This document shows, piece by piece, positions 11,121-23,323 of a DNA stretch of 34,632 nt. The position numbers were made by a program, and so were the translations under genes. Within the stretch, counting starts at the first letter, position 1; every line of letters begins with the position of its first letter. The DNA comes from Priapulus caudatus (lineage: Eukaryota): positions 732,196 through 766,827 of the forward strand of contig NW_014577080.1 in the NCBI RefSeq assembly GCF_000485595.1, read 5' to 3'. Under the pieces are notes generated by a model, which had not been told where the DNA came from, ran no database searches, and worked only from the letters and a program-made list of their open reading frames with translations.

Positions 11121-13147
11121 GTCCTGCCCATGATGTTACCTGCTCCGAGCTAGGGGAGGGGACAGGCTGCTATTATCAGCACTGCTTTTAGTCTCTGTAC
11201 GTCGGCGTGATAGACCGATAGTACATACCTGTAGTGGTTCCCTGGTTTGTAATTATCCCCGTGTTTGGTGTTTGTCGTAATTTCACGCATGACCGCCCGG
11301 GTTAACAAGACCGCGTAGACTCATACCAGGCGCGCTGGAAATACGCACGGCAACTCTGAATTTTGTTTCCTAGATTTCAAGGCTAGTTATAAGGCGAGCA
11401 CAGACTCCGCGTTGTATTCGTATCATGATTTTGTGCGGGTCTGTCCGTCAGCTGCCACTGCCCCCTCGGTAACTGTTCAACATGGGTACATCATGAATGA
11501 CGCGTGCTAATACTTGCATAGTTAAACGTGTGATAGTTCTGTCTATATTTAATCAACTATTTATTTGCAGGCCATATCAAATGATTTGATGTTGGGAATA
11601 TATTTAGCGTAGGTCGTGTAGATACTACACCTCTAATACAGTCGCATCCGCCTCACTCATACCTACCCGACCAAAAAAAAATTCGATTTCTTTTCTTATT
11701 TATCTATTTGAATATACGTTTCCGTGCCCTTGCTCTCGTCTCGGTTATTATTATACTCACGGGTAAAGTTAATATTTCAGCCCTGCCACTGATTACAACC
11801 TCCCACTCGATGAATAAACGTCAATCAATTGTACTGCACTTGTCAAGCCTCTGTTTGTCCTAATGATTACCCAGCAACAGCGGGGAAGCCTCTAGTGGGG
11901 TTAATGAGCAGTGGACTAGTAACGAAGAGTTGCATTAGTTACAGTGTAGCCAGATAGAAATCAATGGAAGCAAATTCATAGATCTAGTAATTGTACGAGC
12001 GTTGTAACACTGCAGGGGTTCAGCATGCGATGTCAGTTAGGCTTGTATGCGAAACAGCGTGTAGTATATATGCCAGTCTGACTGTATCATGGCAACTGGT
12101 TATAGTATGATTATAGTATATATATATATATATATATATACACAGGCAGTCGCTGTATAATCGATCAATCGTGTTTGAAGATGTATACGCTAGTGTAGTC
12201 GTAGCAAGCAGGGTTGTTGTTGATATCGCCGTCAAATATTATACTAATTTCGAAGATTATCGAGGCTTTGATCGAAATGTCGTCTGCCTGCGTGAAGAAA
12301 GTTCCGGTCGTTTACTGGTGAACAGCTCACGTCTTTCGTTCTTCATCTTGCATTTAGACTGATCCTACGTCGCCGTGGCTATCACTATCATTGGTATTCA
12401 GCGAATTACCGGTGTCAGACTAATCCGGCATTTGATTTTATGCGCAAATCCACGACTGAAGACGCTGATCCCTTCTCCACCTATTATGGTCACGTACGCG
12501 GCGAACCGCGGGCCGTGTGATTTCACTCGATCTACATATATGTAGATTCGTGCCACTATATCGATGCATATATATATATATATACAACTAACTACCCCGC
12601 AGAGCTTACCAAGCCGTTTCGCACATACACGCGGGCTTTTGTAACCCGATCCCAAAAACCCGCCGCTGTCTCTAACCCTATACCACCCTCAGCTCGCTTC
12701 CGATTGGTAAAGCCTCTCGTTTGCTTAACGCCCGATGATGACAGGGTGAATAATCCTCTGCACGACCATTGAGAACGCGAGTAGCGGGGTTTGTTGGCAG
12801 CAGCTGCCGGCAGCAGTGGCTGGGTGGTCAGTGCGGGCCTTTGTTGCGAGCACGGGCGAACAGGTCGACCATTTGAGGGCGCTGTCGAATGCGCACGAAT
12901 GACATCAATAGGGTAACACGTAGCTGTCAGTGTGTATGCGGACAGCGCGTGGCGAGGGAGCGAGGGAGGAAGAGAAAGAGAGAGAGAGAGAGAGGACAGA
13001 AATATGTGCTAACTTAACGTGCGGCTCCACGCATAAAGAGATAGAGCTGGGAGAGAGATAGAGCCTACGGCGACGACATCTCAGTCGTAGCGACAACTGT
13101 AGGTGCAAGAATAGCGTGCTGGATAGCTGCCGAATAACACGAAGACA

Positions 13148-13160
13148 GTGAGAGAGAGAG

Positions 13161-13191
<31 letters not shown>

Positions 13192-13213
13192 CGAGAGAGA
13201 GAGAGAGAGAGAG
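13148..13213. repeat. (GA)n microsatellite
   Basis: Direct reading of the sequence. Confidence 0.95.
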
Positions 13214-13322
13214 AAGTATCACCATTGATTTCCCCCGCGCGTTCTACGATGGAGTACACGCGACTGCTATAGGTAGTTTCACGCACGGTGCGGGAAGATG
13301 CTACAAGGATATCTATAAGCGG

Positions 13323-13402
13323 CTGCTAGTGGCTACTGTGTGTAGTAGGACGGGAGAATATATGCAGTGGAACTGCTAGTGGCTACTGTGTGTAGTAGGA
13401 CG
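13323..13402. repeat. Local direct repeat, 30 bp x2, 50-bp period
   Basis: CTGCTAGTGGCTACTGTGTGTAGTAGGACG at 13323 and 13373. Confidence 0.9.
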
Positions 13403-13765
13403 AGAGTATAGAGGCAGTGTGGAACTATACGTCTGCCTTGGGTTGGCTGCTCAGCCTTGTGCTCACATATACTTGCATAACGTGACGTGTCCGCTGACAT
13501 AGTTGGATCAACAGGGCCCTGTAGGACAAGGTAGGGTGCGATGACACGATTTGCTATTCGTATATATTCCACTATTTGATGAGTGCATACAGCCATAAGT
13601 GGCTGCGTGTTTGCGGCGGGCATTCGTGCGCGTTTGTTTGTGTGTGTAATGTCAGCTGTACTCTGCTTGATTTACTCGAAGACTATAGCTATGGTCTACC
13701 TCATTATTCCCGTACGGGCATTTCGTTATCATCAGTGTTATCGTCGTCGTCATCCTAAACTTGAC

Positions 13766-13992
13766 TAACCCTAACTCTAAACTTACTCCCAACTCTGCCC
13801 TTAACTTTAACCCTAACCCTACTCCTAACTCCACCTGTAACCTTACTCCTAACTCCGATCTTAACCCTAACCCTTACTCTAATCCTACTCCCAACTCCAA
13901 CCTTAACCCTAACTCTAATCTTAACTCTAGCATTATACCTCTAAACCTCACTCCTAACCCTAACCCTAACCCTAACCCTAACCCAATCCTAA
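13766..13992. repeat. Degenerate interstitial telomere-like (CCCTAA)n array
   Basis: 6-bp periodicity (CCCTAA/CTCTAA/CCTTAA variants), with pure CCCTAA units at about 13953-13981. Confidence 0.9.
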
Positions 13993-14209
13993 CACAATCG
14001 TGACCGACTGCCCTTGTGTAAACTTGACCTCGGGCTTGTGAATGTAAGCATGATATGGAACCTGTGTGATGAGGGGGGGGGGGCTGAGGAATCATACGAG
14101 ACGTCGTATTGACGTTTAGTGTCGCAGTCGTCATCATAAATAACATCGTAGCGTCGGCTGCCGTCATTCTACCTGTATAGCTTCTTCACTCCGCTCCATC
14201 TACTACTAC

Positions 14210-14364
14210 ATCAGGAGTCTATCAATATTGATAGATGAATGATTGATAGAATATTGATAAGATATTGAGATAGGATAGAGGATAGGATATAGGATAGAAT
14301 ATTTAGAGGATATGATAGAAGATTGATAGATGAATATCAATATCAATATTGATAGACTCCTGAT
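14210..14364. mobile_element. ATCAGGAGT-family palindromic mini-element with expanded GATAG-rich interior
   Basis: 24-bp perfect TIR ATCAGGAGTCTATCAATATTGATA (14210-14233 / 14341-14364). 3-bp TSD TAC (14207-14209, 14365-14367). Confidence 0.8.
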
Positions 14365-14369
14365 TACAT

Positions 14370-14722
14370 GTAGCGGGAAGGAGGGACTACATGGGTAGAG
14401 CTATGTTGGTCGTAAGTCCTGCAGTAGGAGCGAGGGGGCTAAACGGGTAGAGCTATGTTGGTCGTATAGCCCTGCAGCGGGAGCGAAGGGGCTATGCCGG
14501 TAGAGCTATGTTGGTCGTATATCCCTGCAGCGGGAGCGAATAGGGCTACATGATTATTGCTATGTTTATCGCATAGCCCTGTAGTGGGAGCGAAGGGGTT
14601 ATTCATAGGTAGAGCTATGTTGGTCGCATAGCCCTGTAGTGGGAGCGAAGGGGCTACACGGGTAGAGCTATGTATAACGTATAGCCCTGTAGTGGGAGCG
14701 AAGCGGTTTCATGGGTAGAACT
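14370..14722. repeat. Minisatellite, ~53-bp unit, about 7 copies
   Basis: Approximate consensus GGGTAGAGCTATGTTGGTCGYATAGCCCTGYAGYGGGAGCGAAGGGGCTACAC. Unit starts near 14393, 14445, 14498, 14552, 14607, 14660 and 14713. Confidence 0.92.
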
Positions 14723-14872
14723 ACAGCAACTCGTGCCGAGCGCGTGCCTTGGCCACGCACCCTCACTCGCCTGTCAGGAAGATATCTCCTCATCGCAGCT
14801 CAGTATGTATATTCGCCTATACACTTCGTCTCGAAACAAAGGCAGTACTGTATCGGTCGTCCACTGCGGAGT

Positions 14873-15277
14873 CACACACACACACACCAGCCAACCACAC
14901 ACCCACCAGCACACACACACACACACACACAACACACACAAACACACACAACACACACACACACACACACACACAGCACCACACACACACACACAGCACA
15001 ACACACACACATACACACACAACACACACAGCACGCACGCAGCGCACGGCAACGCCACGCACTCACCGCACGCACACACACACACCACACACGACACGCC
15101 ACGCGCGCGCCACGCGCGCGGCGCGCACACACACACGCACGCGACGCCACGCCACACAACTATTACTATCTAATATATATATACACACACACACACACAC
15201 AGCACACCACACCACACACACACACCACACACACACACACCACACCACACACACCCATCACACACACACACACACAC

Positions 15278-15309
<32 letters not shown>

Positions 15310-15390
15310 ACACACACACACACCACACACGCACACACTCACCCCACACACACACCGCGCGCGCGCGCGCACACACGGTGACACACACAC
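14873..15390. repeat. Long degenerate (CA)n/(CG)n microsatellite complex
   Basis: Direct reading of the sequence; source of the stacked HT/CV ORFs. Confidence 0.95.
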
Positions 15391-16132
15391 GGAAGCCTCC
15401 TGGTGACAGTCGTAATTCGTCATTATTTGCATAATTCGGGGGAATTCGAGCAACGTGCAAATTCAGAATGTCCGCCGATGACCGTGGATTATGCAACAAC
15501 GCGCCGAGCAAGATTTGATGTTTCCGTGTGTGTCCGTCTGGCCGTATTCACGCCCGCATGTAAACTCGAGTGAGCCACGGGTAGTCCTGATGACCATGCG
15601 AAGGGGTGTGCTTGGTCTGCTAAGCATAGTGTGCAGATCCTCTAGCGGGAGACAGATCTCGTAAAAATGTATCCGCGATTTATACTAGCGATGCGAGAGG
15701 GTGTCTGAAGTCATAATATAAGCATAAAACCGCTGAGCGAAGAAATATTGACATGTATATGTAGCAGGTCACACGGCGCACGACCTTCATGTTAACAATG
15801 TTTTCTTTACAAATAAAATATTTGCGAGTTCATTGAGCCTTGCTCCGCAAGTGGAGCAAATTATTTCCGTGGCAATTTTTTCGGACTAAAACCGTTAGTC
15901 AATAGTGAGACACATTCGTAGCCGCTATAGCGTATGTTATATGTAGCTATATAGCATAGGCGTGGGTTTACGTGAATCACTGGTTGCAACGTCCACAATT
16001 TTTACAAGCTTAGCATGCTAGTACGAAATTTATTGTTTATATTACCCTTAGCAGAAATTCAATATGGAATGTAATTATCATGTCATGCCTTATTATTCTT
16101 TTATCTAGTCGTAAGACTGTCGCCATGCCGCC

Positions 16133-16142
16133 ATTGATTGCC

Positions 16143-16196
<54 letters not shown>

Positions 16197-16209
16197 CGCC
16201 ATTGATTGA
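16133..16209. repeat. (ATTG)n microsatellite
   Basis: Direct reading of the sequence. Confidence 0.95.
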
Positions 16210-16741
16210 CGCTCAGAGATGCGTTATATCATTTGTGTAACGTGACGTTTGATTTGATTTCAGATATCATGGGAAATTTCCTCTAGTCGCGGTTCTTTGT
16301 AGCAAATCAAATCAATTGAATCGATTTGCGTTTGCTATCACTTTTAAATGCAATCTACATCAATCTTGAAGCATCGTGCAGTGGCGTGTTTGGAAGAGTC
16401 ATTGACACAAAGTTAGGAGCACCCTTGTAAATCGTCACCCAGAGAAAATGCCTGAAACCTGTCTGAATGTTGTGGAGGAAATATAATCAGCGAGGAGTCT
16501 CATGAATACTATATACACAGGGCCGATGGTGTATCGCTAGCTATACCCTATTAAGTCCCCGAATACCGAACGCCCGGACATATGACGCTGCATTATTTGT
16601 ATGAGAAAAACCCCAAATAGCAAGTTCTCTTCATGATGCGAGGGTGCAGGTAATCGCTAACGGCGAACTGCCTACACATACCGCGAGTGGCTTTGCCCTC
16701 CCCTCAGGCAAAATGAGTCAGCTATGCCCTCGCATGATCAT

Positions 16742-16784
16742 ATCAGGAGTAGATAATAGAGAATCTCTATTATCTACTCCTGAT
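16742..16784. mobile_element. ATCAGGAGT-family 43-bp perfect palindrome
   Basis: ATCAGGAGTAGATAATAGAGA-A-TCTCTATTATCTACTCCTGAT. 3-bp TSD CAT (16739-16741, 16785-16787). Confidence 0.85.
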
Positions 16785-17939
16785 CATATCTATGCAATAT
16801 ATGTATAGTAATATGTTCTATGTACTGTTACCAACGCGGACCGCCACCCTCGCACGCGAACCCAACGTCGCTTCTTATCGAGCTGTGTTCTGAACGTAGA
16901 AATAATATACTAGTTAGACCTGTGCAATATATAATAAGCCATTTATTATTTATATGTTTAGTACACAATTTAGTTATTTGCATGTATAGTATGTGTTCTG
17001 TAATAGTGGTCAGGTAAGAAAATGGGGGTAAACACGCTAACAGAGTTTAAAGCGTTGTGTTTATTCACCGCTGATTGTATGTTGTTGTACGGTGGCGGTC
17101 AGGGCACGCGAGCGATGATGCAAGACCTGTGGTCAGAGCTGAATCACAGATCGCCATCACGTAGTGAAAGCAAATGCGATCGGAGGCACATGCTGCATCG
17201 TGTGTTGAGTGTAAATAACAACGCATCCTTCCTCTCACGATGCCACCACCAGTTCAGTTCGCTCGCTCGGACAACCACACTGCTTTCACAGATGTGCGGT
17301 AGCACTGGCTATCTTTGTTTGTTGTTGCGAAGGATCTGCGTATTTGTGAAAGGTGCCGTGGGTCAACGGTGGGCACCCTCCGGCCATGCATGCGAGGTAG
17401 CCAGCGGTCAGCGTGCTACTGGGATTCTCATGCAGAGGTCATTGTTGTGACCTGCCTCGATAGTGCGTCCTAATTTCATTGGGAATTTTACGATAGCCGA
17501 TATACTGAACACTTATTCGTAGACAGATTTTTCTCTCGTAGTAGGTATGTTTGTACGTGTTCTGATAAACTCCCGGAAAATCTTTTTTGTACAAATATGA
17601 AAAACGTGAGTAAATGGAAATTCATTATTTTAAATTTGTTTAAGTTTAACATTAAACATGCTATTATAAATTAATAATCATATTGGTCATGCCATCGTAT
17701 TAATATCGTACACTTGATGGGGATAAATTAATACAGACCAAGAGAAGGACAATGTTTTAAATGCACACATGGAGTTGGAAGATTCTTATCTTGATCTCTG
17801 TCTTAGTTTGAGATTTCACTCTTTTTACTGCGGCATCTGGAATGTGTTTTTCACGTCGCAAAACTTGATGATGAGTGGAAAAAGTGTTGCAGTCGTTACA
17901 TGGGGTCTTTGCCTCTACGCTAAATTTAGTCAAGATCAG

Positions 17940-18114
17940 GGGGCCCGTTCACAGAAAACAAAATTTGTCTTAAAATTAGTCTTACCATTAGCTTTTTCCT
18001 ATAGACCGTTAATAGAAACATGGTAAACTTACGAGTTTCTTATACTCAGTGTATAGATGTTCGGCTACAAGAAAAAGTTAACGTCAAGACAATTTTAGTT
18101 TTGACAACGTGCCA
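17940..18114. mobile_element. PIF/Harbinger-like MITE, copy 1
   Basis: Starts GGGGCCCGTTCACAGAAAACAAAATTTGTCTT and ends AAGACAATTTTAGTTTTGACAACGTGCCA. CAG on both flanks. Homologous to 20371-20562. Confidence 0.65.
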
Positions 18115-18939
18115 CAGATGTTTAAGCGTTGTTTCACGTAAAAAGGGACATTATTGCGCGCATGTATCTACAGTGAGGATGCACTAACTGTACTCTAGTA
18201 GTTATAGCGATTACTAATGTTGGGAATCGGTCCATATGCTATGATTGATAATGAATTGTTCAAACTTATTAACCATCGATTAATCTTCGAGTAATTATGA
18301 TGATGAATTGCAAAAAAAAAACCTGTAAAAATTACTCGCAAAGTGGATTTGAAACAATCAATAAAGCAGTGCCTTTAAAATTGAGCTATCTACTTGAGGT
18401 GATTGACAGACAAACTCCAGCCAATCAGTGTCGCAATATGACACTCTAACAAGAACGCTTACCGACAAAGTCCCGAAATGTCGACGTTTCGGCGTGTGCG
18501 CCTGAATAATACCAAGCGCTAATAATACACAGTAGTATGTAATGTATAGTTTATGTAAATGTATTATCAGCTCTTGATAACACGTGTAGCCCGGGTGAGC
18601 TTCACCGGCGTAACAGCCACAGTGACATCCTAGGGGACCGTGACTCGTTCGAACAGATATGTCAATTGCATTTGTCACGACACTAAAGCGGCGTTCCTAG
18701 GCGGGTGTGACGACCTGGTAAAAGCACGGAGCGTGAAATTTACGACACGAATAATCAGCGCGGGCAGCATAAACGAGCAAAGCCTGACGAGCTCAATTAA
18801 TTATATGACAACGCTAATGTAATAAGAAGTCGAAATTATAGCACCGCGACGATTTGAATCATCGGTTATAATGGAGTTCGTCGCACGTGACTGTGTATCC
18901 GCATCATTTGCTTCCCCCGCATCGTAGGTGATGTCACAC

Positions 18940-19195
18940 CAGGGTAAAAAATACTTATTTTTTCACCAGACTTTTTTCGCCATTTTTCTGACTTGTCAAA
19001 AATTTACCAGAGCCATTTTTATGTATCAATGCAGATCTTAGTCTATTTTCCATAGTTTTCAAATTTTCGAAAAATAAAGACGTTAATATACATGTAACTT
19101 TATTATTTGTGGGGATGGGACAATCAGTGTAAAATTGTAATGTATTGATTAATTCTGGATTCCATGAGTTTGTCAAATTTTCGTCTGTTAATACA
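18940..19195 (+). mobile_element. Single end (fragment) of a hAT-type element; inner boundary approximate
   Basis: Begins CAGGGTAAAAAATAC, the exact reverse complement of the right TIR of the 28301-28461 MITE. No matching opposite end found. Confidence 0.55.
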
Positions 19196-19207
19196 TCATG
19201 TACCATA

Positions 19208-19672
19208 ATTACCTCGGCAAGGTTGGCAGGCGTATTAATGTTTCACCGGCGGCGTGTGTTGTTGTTGTTTTTGTGGTTTAAAGTGTACAGCCTAACTGAA
19301 AAAATTATGATGACGATTGTCATAAAAAGGTTTAGAGATAGTCAAAAATCGCCTAACTAAATTGATGAGATATTTGGTGTGATCCGGATCCAATTAATTA
19401 ATTAAATTAAAATTATTTCAGGATAGGTCAGAAAGGGGTATCTTAGAATTGATTACATTTTGGTGGGTGATCCGGATCCAATTAATAATTATAAATTAAT
19501 TAATATTTAAATTTTCAGGATAGGTCAAAATGGGGTAAAACTTAGAATTCATAAATTTTCGTTGTGATCGGATCTCAATTAATTATTTTAATTAAAAATT
19601 ATATTACCAAATTTTCACAGTGACAGAATTCAGCTGCTTTGGCGGAGGTCTGCGCTCTCCGAGTGCTCTATT
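19208..19672 (+). mobile_element. Helentron-associated non-autonomous element (HINE/DINE-1-like)
   Basis: 5' subterminal repeat ACCTCGGCAA (19211-19220) with partner TTGGCGGAGGT (19639-19649). Short GTT microsatellite. Internal ~88-bp tandem unit (GATCCGGATCCAATTAAT...CAGGATAGGTCA..GGGGTA..CTTAGAATT) about 2.5 times. 3' hairpin GCGCTC-TCC-GAGTGC (19652-19666). Confidence 0.8.
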
Positions 19673-20370
19673 TATATTTACATTACTACATATCACTAAT
19701 CACACTTGCAACTCATGATCCAAACATCCTTTGAATCCATTCGCATTCACAATGCCGCCTCCAAGGCTCCGACACCTCTGACCTCTCCTATCTTCTAAGT
19801 TCTATCATAGTACCAACAGGTGATGTCACACACTCTGGCGTGTATATGTTACGGTGAGGTGTACGGGGAGTGTGTAATAGTCAGGCTGTGTCAAACATGG
19901 GCGTATGGCGAATTTGATTAGAGGGAAAGTTCTCCATAAAACAGGATCATCTATCTAGTTCTTTATATAAGATCGCGAGTAAATAATAATTGATCACATT
20001 CTGTTACGATCGATATTATAATGGGATCCTCAATGTTATTATCTCTTTTTACACAAAGTACGCCAATGTCTTTTATTATATTCACGCAATATACACTCTA
20101 ATATATATAGAATATATATATATATATATATAAAAACACACATATACGCACGCACACACATATTATAGTATAAATATGCCGCGCGAGTGATATCTTCCCG
20201 GGACAGATTTTTAGGAGTCCATCAACCATGTGCTGTGTGTCTGTCATCGTAGCGAATAGCAGCAGCACAGCAGTCACGTGTCTGTCGATGAAGCCGCACC
20301 TATCACTGTAAGATCAAAGGTGGCGGAGCAAACTCTCTGATCAGGCGATCATATGGTTGCTGTCCTGCTG

Positions 20371-20562
20371 GGGCCCGTTATCAGAAACAAAATTAGTCTT
20401 AACATTAGTCTTAACATTAGTCTTAACATTGACTTTTTATCATAGCTAGTTGACAGAAACATGGTGAAGTTACGCGTTACACATCCGGAGTGAAGTTATG
20501 AAGAAAAAGAAATGTTACTTAAGACTAATGTTGAGGCCAATTTTATTTCTCTGAACCGGCCC
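20371..20562. mobile_element. PIF/Harbinger-like MITE, copy 2
   Basis: TIRs GGGCCCGTTATCAGAAACAAAATTAGTCTTAACATTAGTCTT / AAGACTAATGTTGAGGCCAATTTTATTTCTCTGAACCGGCCC. Flanks CTG/CCG. Internal 12-bp tandem TTAGTCTTAACA x3. Shares AGAAACATGGTRAASTTACG with copy 1. Confidence 0.7.
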
Positions 20563-21071
20563 CCGAATCAGAGGTGTTATGATTGTGAAGACTCGCCTAC
20601 GTATTTGCACTTGAGTCTGCAAGACGGAGATGTGAGTGTGTGTGTCTGGGGGAGGGGGGTTATCCTTTCGTGGCAAGCTTACCGAACTCCAGGCGTGTGT
20701 ATTTAGGAGGTATAGCCTAAGGTTGACTCAACCCCCGTTAGCACAACAGTTGGACATGACATGATGGATACAGTAAGCACTATAGGGGCTCACCCGTGAT
20801 TCAGCACTCCGTCAGTTATTGTGAGTGCATTTAGTTGGGCGAGTCCGCAAAGCTGTGGTTCGCGACCTGCTTATGATGAATTCGGCCTGTTATTCCTACG
20901 TCTTCTTCTCTTCGTCTGTGTCTATAGACGCCCCCACTCATCATGGCTGTCACAACACGATGTAGAACATTCAGCAATGCGCCGATGCACGCACGCATGG
21001 GTTCGCAGTACGGCGAAATGAGACCGCGTCTTCATCAGTGGACGAATCTCCTTACTAGATCGGAAGGGTGA

Positions 21072-21289
21072 TACTCCATTAGGAGTGTTCCCAACTTTAA
21101 TGTCATTAATGGTCATAATAACATATATATATATATATATATAATATAATATGGTCATATATTAGTTCTGTGGTTTAATGTCATTTAGTTAGGGTTAGGA
21201 TTATCAATCATTCAACATTAATCAATTAATCATTAAATCAATTAATGCATTAATATATCAAAGTGGAACATCTCCCAAATGAGGCGTTA
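21072..21289. mobile_element. Small TIR element with internal (TA)n and TTAGGG-like repeat
   Basis: Left end CTCCATTAGGAGTGTTCCCAACTTT and right end AAAGTGGAACATCTCCCAAATGAGGCGTTA form imperfect inverted repeats. The right half is the reverse complement of 23206-23323. Confidence 0.7.
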
Positions 21290-23205
21290 GCACCGATCGG
21301 AAAGAAGCAGCGCGATTTTAATCGTAGTTTTGTCCACCCACAGAGAGCGCGTATTAATTCGTTTGCTGTATGCCGGCTCCACTAACATGTGGTAATAATT
21401 TAAATTTTTATGGAGATTTAAGAAGGGCTAACATACACCACCATCCCGCCCCGTAAAGGACAGTTAGTATCGTCCGTTGAGAGAGAAACCAGCCGACAGT
21501 GATGTTACAGAGAGAACGCGTATACTTACACGGGGGAGCCAACGCAAGGAAAGCGGATCTTTAGGATGTGATTCACGTCGTTATGTATAATGTATAAATT
21601 CTTTTTTGTGAATGTCCAAAGCTTATATTCTCGACAGCTAGCACACATACGCCAATCTGTTTGGGCGCGTGCTACTCCACAATTCGAGCCAGTAATTAAT
21701 GCGCTTACAGTAAAAACATATATCACTGCCAGTAAAAGTTGACAATTTAGCTTTGACAGCACTAATAAGGCCTAAAGCATGGCCCTTATTTTTTACCAAG
21801 TATTCAAACCGATGCATACGTTGTATTACATAGGTTTAATTATAGACTTTATGTAGCGTTGAACATGATTAGGAACTGTAATAAGCCGAATATGACTCAC
21901 AGGTTAAATGATAATAATGAAGGAATAGAGCGATCGAAATCCGTCAGTTATTCTCATGAACTATAGAGAGGTGGCCAGTTGTGGGTATCAGCTTGAGATA
22001 GGTGCCTCAGAAATATATATATATATATATTTATATACGCAGGGAATAGAAAAGGGGGTGGAGCAGGAAGAGTTGTAAATAAAAAAAGAGTTGTAAAATA
22101 AAGAAAATAAATAAATAACTGATTGAAAAAGAAGTTTAAACAAAGTAGTGATTTTTATACAAATTTTACGAGTTGGTGAATTAAAATGAACGCGTTCGTA
22201 ATGCTAGGTGCCATCCGTCATGTACATCTATGTGTCCGAGTTTTCGTGCAAGCGTTTCTGTAAAGCACATCGACGCAAGTTCGTGGCGTTTGCGCCGGCG
22301 TAAGTACGTGCGCGCGTGCGAACACGTGCGTCGGTGTACGTGTAATGTGTGTGCGTGCATGTATATATCGTGCGTGTAGTGTTCACGGTGCGTGCGTGGC
22401 TATGCACATGTGTGCGTGCGTCGCCGTCGTAGGTGTGTGCGTGCGATCGCTCGTACAATCACTGTAGCAGTCGCGGTCTGGTGTTCGCAGCATCAGCCGT
22501 GAAGCTGGTCGATGTCGCGGCGAGACAAATACAGCTTCAACACTCTGCTAACGCTGGTGCGAGGTTGCCTGCCTCCACCTCCCTCCCTATACTTCCTCCC
22601 TCTCCCCACGGGTAAAAACATCAAACATCACGTGCGGCTCGCATTTCATAAGCGTTCTTGCTCTAGCATCATCGCATCTGGAGCCCAACTCGCTCGGTGT
22701 ATATACACTGATGGTCCCTCGGCCCTGGACGGAGAGGCGGGAGAGCGGGTGCCAGCGGCGAGGGGAGGTGACGCGTGAAAGGAGCGCACCGCCTACGTCA
22801 CGTCGCGTACCTTGTCGCCGGTGTTATGTATAGGGTGAGGTGGGTGGGCACACGTGTAGTTGCACCTGCGGGTGAGCAAGGTGCGTCTATTCCGTGCGGT
22901 GTGTGTGTGTGAGTTAGGATTCCAGCCCCTCCCCAACCCCAACACCCCCTTTCCCTGCGAGAATGAACTTTTTCGTAAAGGTGGTGTAGGGATGCTAGGC
23001 GACCCCGCGCAGAGTTTGTGTAACGGTTTAGGAAGGCGCGTTAGGAGGTGCGGGGAAGCGGAGGTCTCTCGCGGAGTGAGAAGGAATCGGAATATTACGC
23101 GGCTAAAGGTAGGCGATACAAGGTTTGCAGGTTTGCACGTGTTGTCCGTGTGACGCCTCTTGCAAGCGTTTCCCTGACGATTGACAGGTTGGAGTATGTT
23201 AAAGC

Positions 23206-23323
23206 TAACGCTCCATTAGAAGTGTTCCCAACTTTGATATCATTATATAATGATTAATGATTAATGATTAATGATTGATAATTGATAATCCTAACCCTAA
23301 CCCTAACCCTAACCCTAACCCTA
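23206..23323. mobile_element. Half copy of the 21072-21289 element, ending in (CCCTAA)5
   Basis: TAACGCTCCATTAGAAGTGTTCCCAACTTTGATATC, then (AATGATT)n, then GATAATCCTAACCCTAA... Confidence 0.7.

Noticed and set aside
13761..14167. NP-rich and LG-rich ORFs
   Set aside because: Translations of the telomere-like hexamer array.
14370..14722. CRISPR-like appearance of this array and of 4935-5445
   Set aside because: Units are contiguous with no unique spacers, there are no cas genes, and the context is eukaryotic.
14711..15511. Stack of HT-rich and CV-rich ORFs, and similar ORFs at 1695-2364, 4109-4455, 7130-7470, 8580-10585 and 28560-32128
   Set aside because: Translations of (CA)n, (GA)n, (GCGT)n and (TGTC)n microsatellites, or of N gaps; no coding signal.
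17022..17450. 142-aa + strand ORF and nearby strong donor CAG|GTAAG at 17014
   Set aside because: No recognisable domain and no supportable link to the phase-0 acceptor at 24098.
20165..20312. TATA-like sequence, ATG (20228) and GTAAGA donor as a candidate first exon
   Set aside because: The ATG frame ends in phase 2, incompatible with the phase-0 exon at 24098, and the peptide is not family-like.
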